Source: an uncultured Planctomycetota bacterium
GTDB taxonomy: Bacteria > Planctomycetota > PLA2 > JAEUHO01
Direction of reading: 5' to 3'
Assembly: GCA_963752285.1 (NCBI GenBank)
Contig: CAVVXN010000005.1
Span: 1,056,001-1,120,000, forward strand
Length of the DNA stretch: 64,000 bases
Part shown: in pieces, positions 10,481-20,429 of the stretch
Layout: every line of letters begins with the position of its first letter
Position numbering within the stretch: the first letter of the stretch is position 1
Notes under the pieces: generated by a model
What the model saw: only the letters and a program-made list of their open reading frames with translations
The model's database searches: none
What the model was told of the DNA's origin: nothing
Program-made: the position numbers and the translations under genes

Positions 10481-11899
10481 TCAGCGTGCGGTCCGGTTCG
10501 CGCGGACCTCGACGTCTCCCGACGCCGCACGCTGCTCGCCCCAGAGCACGACGATGCGGTCTCCGAAGACGCACGGCTGGGGTTCGAACGAGAGCGACGC
10601 GTTCTGGGCGTCCGTGTCGGCCCGCGCCCCCTCGAACGATCGCCCTCCGTCGGTCGAGACGGCGAGGAGGATGTCCGGCTGGTCGGGCGGCATGGGTTGG
10701 GTCTCCCAGGCGACCGCGACCGTCGCGCCCTCGCACGCCAGGCGGACCTGGTGGGCTCCGGGCTCCACGGGCACCGAGGGCAGCCCCACGTCCTCGGCGA
10801 GGAACGTCCCGCCGGCGTCTTCGCTGCGGCGGTACCGAACGGAGGACGTCGGGGAGCGTTGGTCGGACCAGGCCACGTGGACGACGCTTCCCACGAGGCA
10901 CGCAACGGGATCGAACGAGGCCGTGGCGCCCGGCGCGTCCGTATCGAGCCGGGTGTCGATGGGCTGGAAGGTGAGGCCTCCGTCCAGGGAGCGGTTGAAG
11001 AACACGTCTCCGAGGCCGTTTCGTTCGTCGGACCACACGACATCCACGGTGCTTCCCGCGCACACGACGTCGGGGCCCGTGAGCCCGATCGTGGGTGTCG
11101 CGGCGTGGGTCACCGAGACGTCGTCGGGCAGGAACGTCGCACCTCCGTCCAAGGAGCTGCTCAGCCGGACCGCACCCTGGTCAAGACCGTCGCGAAGGTC
11201 GATCCACGCGACGTAGACGTGCAGGCCGTCGCAACACATGTGCACCGTGTGGGAGTCCGCTCCGCCGGGGACGTCCGTCTCGATCGGGAGGTCCGGGTCG
11301 GGAAACGAGGCGCCCCCGTCGGTGGACCGGTTGTAGAAGACGTCCCGCGCTCCGTTCCGGCCGTCCGCCCACGCCACGTGGACCGTGTCGCCCTCGCAGC
11401 AGAGCGCCGGCGTGTCGGGCAGGACGCCCGGGCCCAGGACGTCGCTCACCCGGACGCTGGTGGGCAGGAACGTCGTCCCGGCGTCGATCGAGCGGTCGAG
11501 GCGGATCTCGGAGCTGTTCCCCAGGGACGACCGGTACGCGATGAAGACGCGGTCCCCGTCGCAGGCGATCGCGACCCGGCCCGCCTCGCGGAGGGGATCG
11601 CCCACGCGGATGGGGTCGGCCAGCCAGGTGGCGCCGCCGTCGAGGGACCGGTTGAACCTCACGGCGTCGGGCGCGCTGTTCGACCGCTCGGCCCAGACGA
11701 CGTAGACCTTCGCGCCCGCGTGGCAGGCGAGCACCTCGTTGGACGTGGTGCCCGGCGACATCGGGCTCACGAGCAGGTCCTCGGCCCGCAGGGGCAGGGG
11801 TGAGACGTCGTGTCCCCCCCCGCCACCGCCTCCGCAGGCGACGAGCCCCGCCATCGCGAGGACCCAGAGCACGAACGATGCGGGCACGGTCTTGACCAT
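10481..11899 (-). CDS. lipoprotein with BNR/Asp-box (sialidase-like) beta-propeller
   Basis: Lipobox LVAC-GGGGG; about seven Asp-box repeats SxDGGxT(W/F). Confidence 0.85.
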   Translation of the reverse strand: MVKTVPASFVLWVLAMAGLVACGGGGGGGHDVSPLPLRAEDLLVSPMSPGTTSNEVLACHAGAKVYVVWAERSNSAPDAVRFNRSLDGGATWLADPIRVGDPLREAGRVAIACDGDRVFIAYRSSLGNSSEIRLDRSIDAGTTFLPTSVRVSDVLGPGVLPDTPALCCEGDTVHVAWADGRNGARDVFYNRSTDGGASFPDPDLPIETDVPGGADSHTVHMCCDGLHVYVAWIDLRDGLDQGAVRLSSSLDGGATFLPDDVSVTHAATPTIGLTGPDVVCAGSTVDVVWSDERNGLGDVFFNRSLDGGLTFQPIDTRLDTDAPGATASFDPVACLVGSVVHVAWSDQRSPTSSVRYRRSEDAGGTFLAEDVGLPSVPVEPGAHQVRLACEGATVAVAWETQPMPPDQPDILLAVSTDGGRSFEGARADTDAQNASLSFEPQPCVFGDRIVVLWGEQRAASGDVEVRANRTAR

Positions 11900-12180
11900 C
11901 GGAGGTCCTCCGGGCTCACGGCACGGCGGCCGGCGACGCCGCGGGCGCCTTGGGCCTGGCTGCGCCGAGCTCGCGACGCCGATGGGGAGTGGCCGCGCGC
12001 GGCGCGGGATTACCCGCGCTTCCGGGGCGCCCGCGAGGAGCCGCCGGGGCGGGGCCGCGGTCCCGGAGCGGCGTGGCGACGGAGGAGCGCACTGGCCAGG
12101 GCGCGCCCCGGGGAGGTGGAATCCCCATCCGTCCGCCGAGGCCCTGGGCCGCGCCGCCCTCGGTCGGATCGGAGGCCCGG

Positions 12181-13860
12181 ATGGCAGAAGTCACGTCCCC
12201 GGTCGTGCAAAGCCGGCTCTCGAGGCTCGAGCAGGCCTTTCCCTCGCTCACGCCCGCGCAGCTCGCGCGTGTCCGGGCGCACGGGGTCGAGCAGACCGTC
12301 CGCGCCGGCGAGGTGTTGGTCGAGGCGGGCGACCGCGACGTGCCGCTCTTCGTCGTCACGTCGGGACGGATCGAGGCCGTCCGACCGTGCGAGAGCGAGC
12401 GGACCCCGGTGGCCCTCGTCGGCCCGGGACAGTTCACCGGGGAAGTCGGGATCCTCTCGAGCCGTCCCGCGATGTTTCGTCTCCGGGCGAAGGAGGCGGG
12501 CCGGGTGATCCGCGTGGAGCACGGCCCGCTCCTCCAGCTCGTGCAGAACGGCGACGAGGTGGGCGAGGTCTTGATGCGCGCCTTCATCCTCCGCCGGGTG
12601 GAGCTCGTGGCGCAGGGGCTCGGTGACGTCGTGGTGGTCGGCTCGGTCTACTGCGCCGCGACGCTCCGGGTGCGGGAGTTCCTGACGCGGAACGCGCACC
12701 CGTACGCCTATGTGGACCTCGAGCGGGAGGACGACGTCCAGAGCCTGCTCGACCGGTTCCACGTGGGACTCGACGACGTGCCGGTCGTCATCTGTCGCGG
12801 TCACCTGGTCCTTCGGAATCCCACCAACCAGCAGATCGCCGACTGTCTCGGCCTGAACGCGGAGATCGACACGGAGCGGGCCCGCGACCTCGTGGTGGTC
12901 GGGGCCGGTCCGGCCGGCCTGGCCGCCGCGGTGTACGCCGCGTCGGAGGGCCTCGACGTACTCGTGCTCGAGTCGGAGTCGCCCGGCGGGCAGGCCGGGT
13001 CGAGCTCGAAGATCGAGAACTACCTCGGCTTTCCGACCGGAGTCTCCGGACAGGAGCTCGCCAGTCGCGCCTACTCCCAGGCCCAGAAGTTCGGAGCCGA
13101 GCTGATGGTCGCGAGCGGGGCCCACCACCTCGACTGCGACGCGCGGCCCTTCGCGCTCGTCCTCGAAGACGGTCGGCGCATCCCGGCGCGGTGCGTGATC
13201 ATCGCGTCCGGGGCTCGGTACCGAAGGCTGCCCGTGCCCAACCTCTCGCGCTTCGAGGGCGCGGGCGTCTACTACGCGGCGAGCTTCATGGAGGCGCAGC
13301 TCTGCACGGGCGAGGAGGTGGTGGTGGTCGGCGCCGGAAACTCCGCCGGTCAGGCGGCGGTGTTCCTCGCCCAGACGACCGCGCGCGTCCACCTCCTCGT
13401 TCGCGGGAGCGGCCTCGCGGCGTCGATGTCGCGTTACCTCGTCCAGCGCATCGAAGACAACCCGGCGATCGTCGTCCGGACGCGGACCCAGGTCGTGGCG
13501 CTCGACGGGAATCACCACCTGGAGCGCGTTCGCTGGCGCGACGACGCGAGCGGGGAGACCGAGGAGCACCCGGTCCGCCACGTGTTCCTGATGACCGGCG
13601 CGGTGCCCAGCACGGACTGGCTCGACGCGTGCGTCGCGCTCGACGGGAGAGGGTTCATCAAGACCGGGCCGGCGCTGACGGGCGAAGACCTCGCCGCGGC
13701 GGGCTGGCCCCTTCCTCGACGTCCGCATCTCCTCGAGACCAGCCGGCCCGGCGTGTTCGCCGTGGGCGACGTCCGAGGCGGCAACGTGAAGCGCGTGGCG
13801 GCGGCGGTCGGAGAGGGATCGATCGCCATCTCGTTCGTGCACGAGGTGCTCCGGGGGTAG
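12181..13860 (+). CDS. cyclic-nucleotide-binding domain + thioredoxin-reductase-like FAD oxidoreductase
   Basis: N-terminal cNMP domain (GPGQFTGE), GAGPAG, SSKIENYLGFP, GAGNSAGQ, ETSRPGVFAVGDVR; lacks the TrxR CxxC. Confidence 0.9.
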   Translation: MAEVTSPVVQSRLSRLEQAFPSLTPAQLARVRAHGVEQTVRAGEVLVEAGDRDVPLFVVTSGRIEAVRPCESERTPVALVGPGQFTGEVGILSSRPAMFRLRAKEAGRVIRVEHGPLLQLVQNGDEVGEVLMRAFILRRVELVAQGLGDVVVVGSVYCAATLRVREFLTRNAHPYAYVDLEREDDVQSLLDRFHVGLDDVPVVICRGHLVLRNPTNQQIADCLGLNAEIDTERARDLVVVGAGPAGLAAAVYAASEGLDVLVLESESPGGQAGSSSKIENYLGFPTGVSGQELASRAYSQAQKFGAELMVASGAHHLDCDARPFALVLEDGRRIPARCVIIASGARYRRLPVPNLSRFEGAGVYYAASFMEAQLCTGEEVVVVGAGNSAGQAAVFLAQTTARVHLLVRGSGLAASMSRYLVQRIEDNPAIVVRTRTQVVALDGNHHLERVRWRDDASGETEEHPVRHVFLMTGAVPSTDWLDACVALDGRGFIKTGPALTGEDLAAAGWPLPRRPHLLETSRPGVFAVGDVRGGNVKRVAAAVGEGSIAISFVHEVLRG

Positions 13861-13913
13861 TCCCCGTCGCGCGGGCGGGAGACGGCGTCCGCTCGCCGGG
13901 GCGAACCGAGGCG

Positions 13914-14825
13914 CTACGCGAAGCGCTCGACGAAGCGCGCGATCCAACGGTCGCGCTGCTCGGGGCGCCAGCCTTCCTCGCAGGCCTCGACCTGCCGGAG
14001 CGTGCAGCAGAGGCCGTCGAACCGGACGCGCCGGTAGAGCTCCGGGTCGCCGGGCCCGCCGTACGCCTCGAGCGCGGCGTCGAGGCACGCGTCTCCGAGC
14101 TCGACCCACAGGCCGACGAAGTCGGCCGCCGGATCGCCCGGTCCCGTGTCGGCCCAGTCGATCAGTCCGGTCAGCTCGTGGGTGGTCGCGTGGACGAGCA
14201 CGTGCTCCGGCCCGAGGTCCCGGTGCAGGACGACCCGATGCGTCCCGGGCGGCGGCGGCTCGGCGAGGGCCTTCCGCGCGGACCGCGCGGCCTTCGGGCC
14301 CAGGCGGTCGGCGAGGGTCGCGAGCACCCCTTGCGCTTCGGCGACGACGACGTCTCTCTCGTCCCGTGGGCTCGGCGCCGGCGGGAGGACGTCGAGCGGC
14401 ACGGCGTGAACGACGCGGAGCGCACGGCCCACGCGCCGTCCGAGCCGCGCGGCCGCGCCCGCGCCCACGGCGTCGAGGGCCAGGGCGTCGAGGGGCACGC
14501 CCGGAAGCCGCCGGTACCCGACGAACGGGAGCGGGAACGCCGCGGAGGCCTCGCCGTAGAAGCGATCGCGCGGGATCGGCGCGTCGCAGGTCTCGTCGAT
14601 CGCGTCGAGGACGCTCCGCTCCCGGGCGAGCCAGGGCCGAACGCCCTCGCGCTTCGGGAACCGCAGGAGCCAGGCGTCCCCCACCGCGAACACGGTGAAG
14701 TCCCATCCCTCGTCGAAGTACCGGACCGGCAGGCCCGCGAGCGCCGGCACCTGGGCCCGCACGACCTGCGCGACCGTCTCGGCGTTCGGCCGGTGCTGGG
14801 CCTCCCAAGGTCGCGGACTCGACAT
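13914..14825 (-). CDS. aminoglycoside phosphotransferase (APH/choline kinase-like) family protein
   Basis: EGWDF, LLRFP, Brenner-type HRDLGPEHVL, GLIDWAD, GDPAADF. Confidence 0.85.
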   Translation of the reverse strand: MSSPRPWEAQHRPNAETVAQVVRAQVPALAGLPVRYFDEGWDFTVFAVGDAWLLRFPKREGVRPWLARERSVLDAIDETCDAPIPRDRFYGEASAAFPLPFVGYRRLPGVPLDALALDAVGAGAAARLGRRVGRALRVVHAVPLDVLPPAPSPRDERDVVVAEAQGVLATLADRLGPKAARSARKALAEPPPPGTHRVVLHRDLGPEHVLVHATTHELTGLIDWADTGPGDPAADFVGLWVELGDACLDAALEAYGGPGDPELYRRVRFDGLCCTLRQVEACEEGWRPEQRDRWIARFVERFA

Positions 14826-15032
14826 GGCGCGGGGTGTACCACGCGCGCGGGATCCCTCCGTCCGTCGCCCTCCCTCCCCCCCCCTCGCACCGTGGACCGC
14901 GCGAGGCGTGTCCGCCTGGGCGCCCGCCAGGGCGCGCGTCCCCCGTGCGAGGTGCCGCCGTCCCCGGGCCCGACGTCTTGGAGCCCCTGCCACGCGGTGC
15001 GGGGGGGCCCTGCCCGGGGGTGCGGGAAGGGC

Positions 15033-15060
15033 TTGCCGATTACTTGGGATCCCATATTTT
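15033..15060 (+). promoter_or_regulatory. putative promoter with palindromic MarR operator
   Basis: AT-rich patch just upstream of marR; perfect palindrome TGGGATCCCA (15045-15054) between TTGCCG and TATTTT hexamers. Confidence 0.4.
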
Positions 15061-15068
15061 TGCCCGGC

Positions 15069-15548
15069 GTGCAAGACACCGTGCTCAGGACGATGGACGC
15101 GCTGCGGCAGCTGGTCCGTGCGCTTCGACTCTCGGCGGCCCGCGCCCAGAAGGCCTACGGCGTCTCCTCGGCCCAGCTCTTCGTGCTCGAACAGCTCGCG
15201 CTGCACCCGGCGCTCTCCCTCGGGGAGCTCGCCGAGGCGACGGCCACGGACCCGAGCTCCGTCTCGGTGGTGGTGGCGCGTCTCTCGAAGCGCGGGCTGG
15301 TCGCGCGCGGCGTGTCCGAGGGCGACGGGCGGAAGGCCGAGCTCCGCCTGTCTTCCCGGGGCCGCCGCCTGCTGCGGAAGATGCCTGCGACCCCGCAGTC
15401 CCGCCTCGTGGAGGCGCTGCGGCGCCTGCCGCGCCGACAGCTCACGGCCCTCCTGGCGGGCATGAACGCGCTCGTCCACGCAATCGGCGGGGCGGGCGAC
15501 GAGCCCGAGATGTTCTTCGAGCGCGAAGGTCGCCGTGAGCGACCATGA
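15069..15548 (+). CDS. MarR family transcriptional regulator
   Basis: GVSSAQLFVL...LSLGELAE...DPSSVSVVVARLSKRGLVAR...DGR...LSSRG winged helix. Confidence 0.88.
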   Translation: MQDTVLRTMDALRQLVRALRLSAARAQKAYGVSSAQLFVLEQLALHPALSLGELAEATATDPSSVSVVVARLSKRGLVARGVSEGDGRKAELRLSSRGRRLLRKMPATPQSRLVEALRRLPRRQLTALLAGMNALVHAIGGAGDEPEMFFEREGRRERP

Positions 15549-16911
15549 GGCGCTCGGCGCCTCGACCACGGACGGCCTTCCCGTCGCGCCCTCGCTCGGA
15601 CCGGGCCTCGCCGCCGAGCACGTCCGGCCGCGCGCCACCGGCATCGACCGCCGGGTCGTGCGGCTGGCGGGCCTGGCCCTGCTCGTCGGCCTCGGCTCCG
15701 CGCTGATGGCGCAGGGTCTCACCGCGCTGATCGGCCTCGTCACGAATCTCTCGTTCTACGGAAGATGGTCGCCGGCCTTCGTGTCGCCGGCCGGAAACCG
15801 CCTCGGCTGGTTCGTGGCCCTGGTGCCGGCGGCTGGCGGTCTCGTCGTGGGTCTCATCGCGCGGTACGGGTCGGAGGCCATCCGCGGCCACGGCATCCCC
15901 GAGGCGATGGAGCAGGTGCTCCGCAACGAGAGCCGGATCCCCGGCCGCCTGACGTTCCTCAAGCCTCTCTCCGCCGCGGTGGCCATCGGCACCGGAGGCC
16001 CCTTCGGCGCGGAGGGCCCCATCATCGCGGGCGGCGGCGCGCTCGGCTCGCTGGTCGGACAGCTCCGCATCTGCACAGCGCACGAGCGAAAGACGCTGCT
16101 CGCCGCGGGGGCCGCGGCCGGGATGGCAGCCACCTTCGGCACGCCGGTCTCCGCGGTGCTCCTCGCCGTCGAGCTGCTCCTCTTCGAGTACCGCGCGCGC
16201 TCTCTCATCCCCGTGGCGCTCGCCGCGGTCGTCGCCACCGCGATGCGGACGGTATTCGTCGGACCGATCTCGGCCTTCGCCATGCCTGTCGTGGGGCCGA
16301 CGCCGTCCCTCGCGTTGATCGCGTACGCCGCGCTGGGCGCCGTCCTCGGTGCCGCGGCCACCCTCGTCACGCGCCTCGTCTACCGGATCGAGGACGCGTT
16401 CTGCTCGCTGCCTCTCCACTGGATGTGGTGGCCCGCCCTCGGCGCGATACCCGTAGGCGTCATCGGCTTCTTTGCGCCGAGGACCCTCGGCGTGGGCTAC
16501 GAGAACATACGGGGGCTGCTCGCCGGAGACCTCGCGACCACCACGGCCGCGGCGCTCTGCGTGCTGAAGCTGGCGTCCTGGTCGATCGCTCTCGGCAGCG
16601 GCACGTCGGGCGGAACCCTGGCTCCGCTCTTCACCATCGGCGGAGCGCTGGGATCGCTCTTCGGCGCGGCGGCGGGTCTGGACCCTCGGGTGGCCGCGCT
16701 CGTGGGCATGGCGGCGCTCTTCGCGGGGGCCTCGCGCGCCCTCCTGGCCTCCGTCGTCTTCGCCGTCGAGACGACGGGTCGGATGGAAGGGGTCCTCCCG
16801 GTCCTCCTCGGGTGCGCCGCCGCGTATCTGGTGTCTGCGTTGACGATGCGAAGCTCGATCATGACCGAGAGGCTCGCGCGCCGAGGGCACGCCCCGCCCG
16901 ACTGGGCCTGA
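15535..16911 (+). CDS. ClC family chloride channel / H+:Cl- antiporter (no CBS domains)
   Basis: GHGIPE, GGPFGAEGP, GTSGGTLAP motifs; overlaps the marR stop. Confidence 0.9.
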   Translation: MSDHEALGASTTDGLPVAPSLGPGLAAEHVRPRATGIDRRVVRLAGLALLVGLGSALMAQGLTALIGLVTNLSFYGRWSPAFVSPAGNRLGWFVALVPAAGGLVVGLIARYGSEAIRGHGIPEAMEQVLRNESRIPGRLTFLKPLSAAVAIGTGGPFGAEGPIIAGGGALGSLVGQLRICTAHERKTLLAAGAAAGMAATFGTPVSAVLLAVELLLFEYRARSLIPVALAAVVATAMRTVFVGPISAFAMPVVGPTPSLALIAYAALGAVLGAAATLVTRLVYRIEDAFCSLPLHWMWWPALGAIPVGVIGFFAPRTLGVGYENIRGLLAGDLATTTAAALCVLKLASWSIALGSGTSGGTLAPLFTIGGALGSLFGAAAGLDPRVAALVGMAALFAGASRALLASVVFAVETTGRMEGVLPVLLGCAAAYLVSALTMRSSIMTERLARRGHAPPDWA

Positions 16912-16991
16912 GACCGAAGACCGAGGACCGAGGACCCAGGATCGCGCTCCGGTGCCGCGCGCGCGGCGGGATCCACCGTCGAGCGAGGTCG

Positions 16992-17100
16992 TCAGGGCGG
17001 GAGGCGGAGGGCGACGCCGAGGCCGGACAGGAGGAGCGCCCCAGGAGGAGCCAGAGGACGTAGTCCTGGACGTGTCCGTCGTGGACGGCCCGGAGCTGGA
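16992..17100 (-). pseudogene. orphan 3' fragment resembling the C-terminus of a NuoL/MrpA/HyfB-type antiporter-like subunit
   Basis: QLRAVHDGHVQDYVLWLLLG then, after a 1-nt shift, ALLLSGLGVALRLPP*; no start or upstream body. Confidence 0.4.
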
Positions 17101-17141
17101 ACGGCGCGATGTCGAAAATCCGTGCCGGGAGTCGGATCGTG

Positions 17142-18116
17142 CTAGGCGAGGTCGGCGCGGACGGCCCGCTCCTTCTCGGCCGGGAGCCCCGCCCGGGGGG
17201 GCCGGTCGAGGCTCTTCGCCCAGGCGAGGGTGTCCGTCGCCGTCTCGGCGAGCGGACGGAGTCGAAGACCGCGCGCCGTGGCCCGCGAGAGGTCGAGCGA
17301 GAGCATGCCCGTCGCTTCCGGGGGCACCCAGAGCGGCAGGTCCGTCCACGGCGCGACCTCGTGGCGCGCGAGGACTTCGGTGGGCGCCGGGAGGAGCCGC
17401 GCGCCTCCACCCACGGCGTCGCGGATCTCGCGGAGCAGCGCCCCCAGGGTGAGCGGGGTCGCGGGACCGGACGCGTTGAACGTCCCCCTGACTCTCTCCT
17501 CCGAGCACGTCACCATCCACGCGGCGAGGTCACGGGCGTCGATCAGCTGCACGGGCTGGTCGTCGTCGGGCGGAACGACCACGTCGCCGCCCTCGGCGAG
17601 CCGGCGCGGCCAGTACGTGAACCGGTCGGACGGGTCGTGCGGGCCGACGATCAGGCCCGCGCGTACGATCGTCGCGCGTCCCGGGAAACGCTCGCGTACG
17701 GCCGACTCCGAGAGCGCCTTCAGCGGACCGTACGTCGCGCCGTCGATGGTCTCGACCGTCGGGTCGTCGAGCGTGGCGACGGGATGCGACTCGGGGAGCG
17801 GCGTGGGAAAGGGCTCCCGGTAGACCGACGCCGTGGAGACGAACACGTAGTGCGCCGCGGCGCCCGCGAGGAGTCGCGCGGACGCCCCGACGACGCGCGG
17901 AACGTACCCGCTCGTGTCGATCACGGCGTCGAAGCGCCGTCCCGTGAGCGGCGCGAGGCCCCCGTCGCGGTCGCCCAGGACGTGCTCCGCCTCCGGGAAG
18001 AGGTCCGCGCCGGTCCGCCCCCGGTGGAAGAGCGTGACCTCGTGACCGCGCAGGAGAGCCTCGGCCGCCGCATGCCGGCCGAGGAAGAGAGTCCCGCCCA
18101 GGAAGAGCAACTTCAT
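17142..18116 (-). CDS. NAD-dependent epimerase/dehydratase (atypical SDR) family protein
   Basis: MKLLFLGGTLFLG Rossmann motif, YGPLKALSE (YxxxK), GPHDPSDRFTYW. Confidence 0.9.
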   Translation of the reverse strand: MKLLFLGGTLFLGRHAAAEALLRGHEVTLFHRGRTGADLFPEAEHVLGDRDGGLAPLTGRRFDAVIDTSGYVPRVVGASARLLAGAAAHYVFVSTASVYREPFPTPLPESHPVATLDDPTVETIDGATYGPLKALSESAVRERFPGRATIVRAGLIVGPHDPSDRFTYWPRRLAEGGDVVVPPDDDQPVQLIDARDLAAWMVTCSEERVRGTFNASGPATPLTLGALLREIRDAVGGGARLLPAPTEVLARHEVAPWTDLPLWVPPEATGMLSLDLSRATARGLRLRPLAETATDTLAWAKSLDRPPRAGLPAEKERAVRADLA

Positions 18117-18663
18117 CGTCGAATCCTCGCAGGCCCCCGTCCCTCGCCGTCGGGCAGGCGCGGCTCGGTTCCTTCGCTCACCGCGGGTGTCGCGCGCGCG
18201 AGGAAGAGGAGCGCGGACGAGGTGAACCGTACCCGGCCGTTCAGCGCGTGGGGCGAGAGCGCCTCGCACGACCCGTTGGCGAGCTTGGATCGAGGCGAGG
18301 TGGGGCACCCCCTCCACGTGTTGGCGACTGCCGTTCCGGCGGTCGATGGAGAGGGGCCGCGCGCGACGCGCGAGGGCCCACGTCTCCGACGCGCCGGCGA
18401 GCGTCCCGGGCCCGACGCCGGACGGAGGCGAGGCGGCTACGAAGAACCGTTCGACCCTGCGACCGCGGGTGTGGACGACCACGGCGCGTCCTTCCCGTCG
18501 GGACCCACCCGAGCGAGACGGGCCGTGGGTCGTGAGGGTGTGGGCCGCCGGTGGGCCGGCGGAAGGCCCCTCCCGCGGCGGCGACGGGGAAGTCGCGGGC
18601 GTGCTCGCGCACGGGCCGCACCCGCCCGGCATCGACCCAGGGGCTTCGAGGAACGCCGTCGGC

Positions 18664-20292
18664 TCACCGAGCCGGGTCTCCTCCGTCCGCGCGACCGACG
18701 TGACGGTCCAACGCCGCTCGGAGCGCGGGATGCCCGCGGTAGGTCTCGCAGAGCAGGGCGGCCCAACCCGCCACCGCCGGCGCCGGATCGCACGCGACGA
18801 CGGCCCCGACGAGCTCGGCGGCGGCGTCGTAGTGGCGGCGCCGCTTGTGCCCCGTGACCGCGGCCAGCCGCCGTTCGGCCGCCCCTTGCATCGAGGCGAG
18901 GAGCACCGCCCGGTCCGCGGTGCCCGGCTCGCCCCCGACGCCCGCCAGCAACACCAGATCTCGGAGCGCAGACGCCTCCACGTGCGCCTGGGGGTTCGCT
19001 CGGTCTTGCCCGTAGCTCTCGACGAACCCGTGCAGGTCGTCGGGCGCCGCTTCACGGTCCCGTCCATCTCCCCGAGGCCCGCGCTTCGGGCCGGACCGTC
19101 CCTCGCCCGCGAGGATGGCCCGGAACAGGGGAACGAGCAGCGGGCCGGGATGCTGCTCGGCCGACCAGCCGAGCCCGGGCGCCGTGGCCAGGAGGTTCGC
19201 GGCGGCCGCGAGGTCGCCCGCGAGGACGTGGAGCAACGCGCGTTGACGCTCCTCGTTTGCCGGAGTGGACTCGAGCGCGGCGCGTACGCGCCCCGAGAGC
19301 GGCGTGCTTCCCCCGTCCGAGCCGAGCCAACGGAGGAGCCGGGCCATGGTGGGGTAGCAGCGCCACGCCCGCTCGAGGCGCGCGGACACGTCCGGGCGAC
19401 CGAGCTGCTCCGCCATGCGCGCGGCGCCGTCGAGGAAGTCGGCCCGATCGATCTCGGAGTCGCGCGCGCTCGCGGCCGCCTCCTCGTAGGCGGCCAGCGC
19501 GCCGCTCGTGTCTCCGTCCGCCACGAGGCGCGCACACCAGGCGAGGTAGTCCTGGCGGGCCCCGGACGCGCGCGCGACCTCCAGGAGTCCCTCGGCTCCG
19601 TCGGTCCGTTCGGCGACCTCGCGGAGCCATGCGCCGGGGCCCGCCCAGCCACCCCGCTCTTCGGCGGCAGCCGCCTTCTCGGCGACGACCCGCCAGCTCC
19701 TGAGGAACGTCTCCAGCTCCGGGAGGGGTTCGATCGCCGCCCGCTCCATGTGCCGAAGCGGAGCATGCCGAAACCAGGTCGCCTCGGTGATCTCCGTCGT
19801 CTCGAGCACGGCGCGGGCCCGGTCCTTTGGGGCACTCAGCATGTAGGCGGAGACGGCGTACTGGGCCGCGCAGCCGTCCAGGTCGGAGCTCAGCACGTCC
19901 TCGACCCGCTCCTCCTGCCCCAGGTCGATCTGGGCCTCGCAGAGCGCCTCCAGCACCGCCCGGAAGATGCGATGCGCCGCGGCGTAGTTCCGCCGCAGGA
20001 ATGCGCGCGAAGCCCGGTCGAGGAGTGCGTCCACCTCGGCGGGCGCCGCGTAGCCCACGCGAACGGCCGCCTCGACGAACGCGAGCGCGTCGGACACGTC
20101 CTGGTCGGAGACGGTGGGCGGCGTCCAGCCCGACCCCGCACGTGCCGCGCGCTCGACCAAGCCGCGGACCACCCGCGTACGAGCCCCCACCTCGAGCTCC
20201 GGCAGCAGCTCGCGAACGAGCGCCCGAAGCGCAGGGGCATCGAGGGCGTCGAGCGCACCCTCGATGTCCTCGGCGGTCGGCGTCGGTCCCAT
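18664..20292 (-). CDS. hypothetical alpha-helical (TPR-like) protein
   Basis: 543-codon ORF, helical Ala/Glu/Arg-rich, C-terminal KRRRHYDAAAEL...YRGHPALRAAL; start uncertain (20292-20421). Confidence 0.7.
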   Translation of the reverse strand: MGPTPTAEDIEGALDALDAPALRALVRELLPELEVGARTRVVRGLVERAARAGSGWTPPTVSDQDVSDALAFVEAAVRVGYAAPAEVDALLDRASRAFLRRNYAAAHRIFRAVLEALCEAQIDLGQEERVEDVLSSDLDGCAAQYAVSAYMLSAPKDRARAVLETTEITEATWFRHAPLRHMERAAIEPLPELETFLRSWRVVAEKAAAAEERGGWAGPGAWLREVAERTDGAEGLLEVARASGARQDYLAWCARLVADGDTSGALAAYEEAAASARDSEIDRADFLDGAARMAEQLGRPDVSARLERAWRCYPTMARLLRWLGSDGGSTPLSGRVRAALESTPANEERQRALLHVLAGDLAAAANLLATAPGLGWSAEQHPGPLLVPLFRAILAGEGRSGPKRGPRGDGRDREAAPDDLHGFVESYGQDRANPQAHVEASALRDLVLLAGVGGEPGTADRAVLLASMQGAAERRLAAVTGHKRRRHYDAAAELVGAVVACDPAPAVAGWAALLCETYRGHPALRAALDRHVGRADGGDPAR

Positions 20293-20429
20293 CGGTCGGT
20301 GACTCCCGGCGCGCATGACGAGGGCTCCTCTCCCCCCCCCGAGGCCGGGGGCGACCCAGGCCGGGGCGAGGGAGGCAGGTTCCCTCCGGGGACCCCCAGC
20401 GAGGCGCGCGCCCGAGCGCATCCCAGGTC

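Noticed and set aside
13914..14825. Bona fide aminoglycoside resistance gene
   Set aside because: Only generic APH/choline-kinase fold motifs are visible; the substrate cannot be inferred.
15535..16911. Fluoride-specific CLC-F
   Set aside because: It lacks the GNNLI/GMGLI and GREG(T/V) signatures, and I see no fluoride riboswitch.
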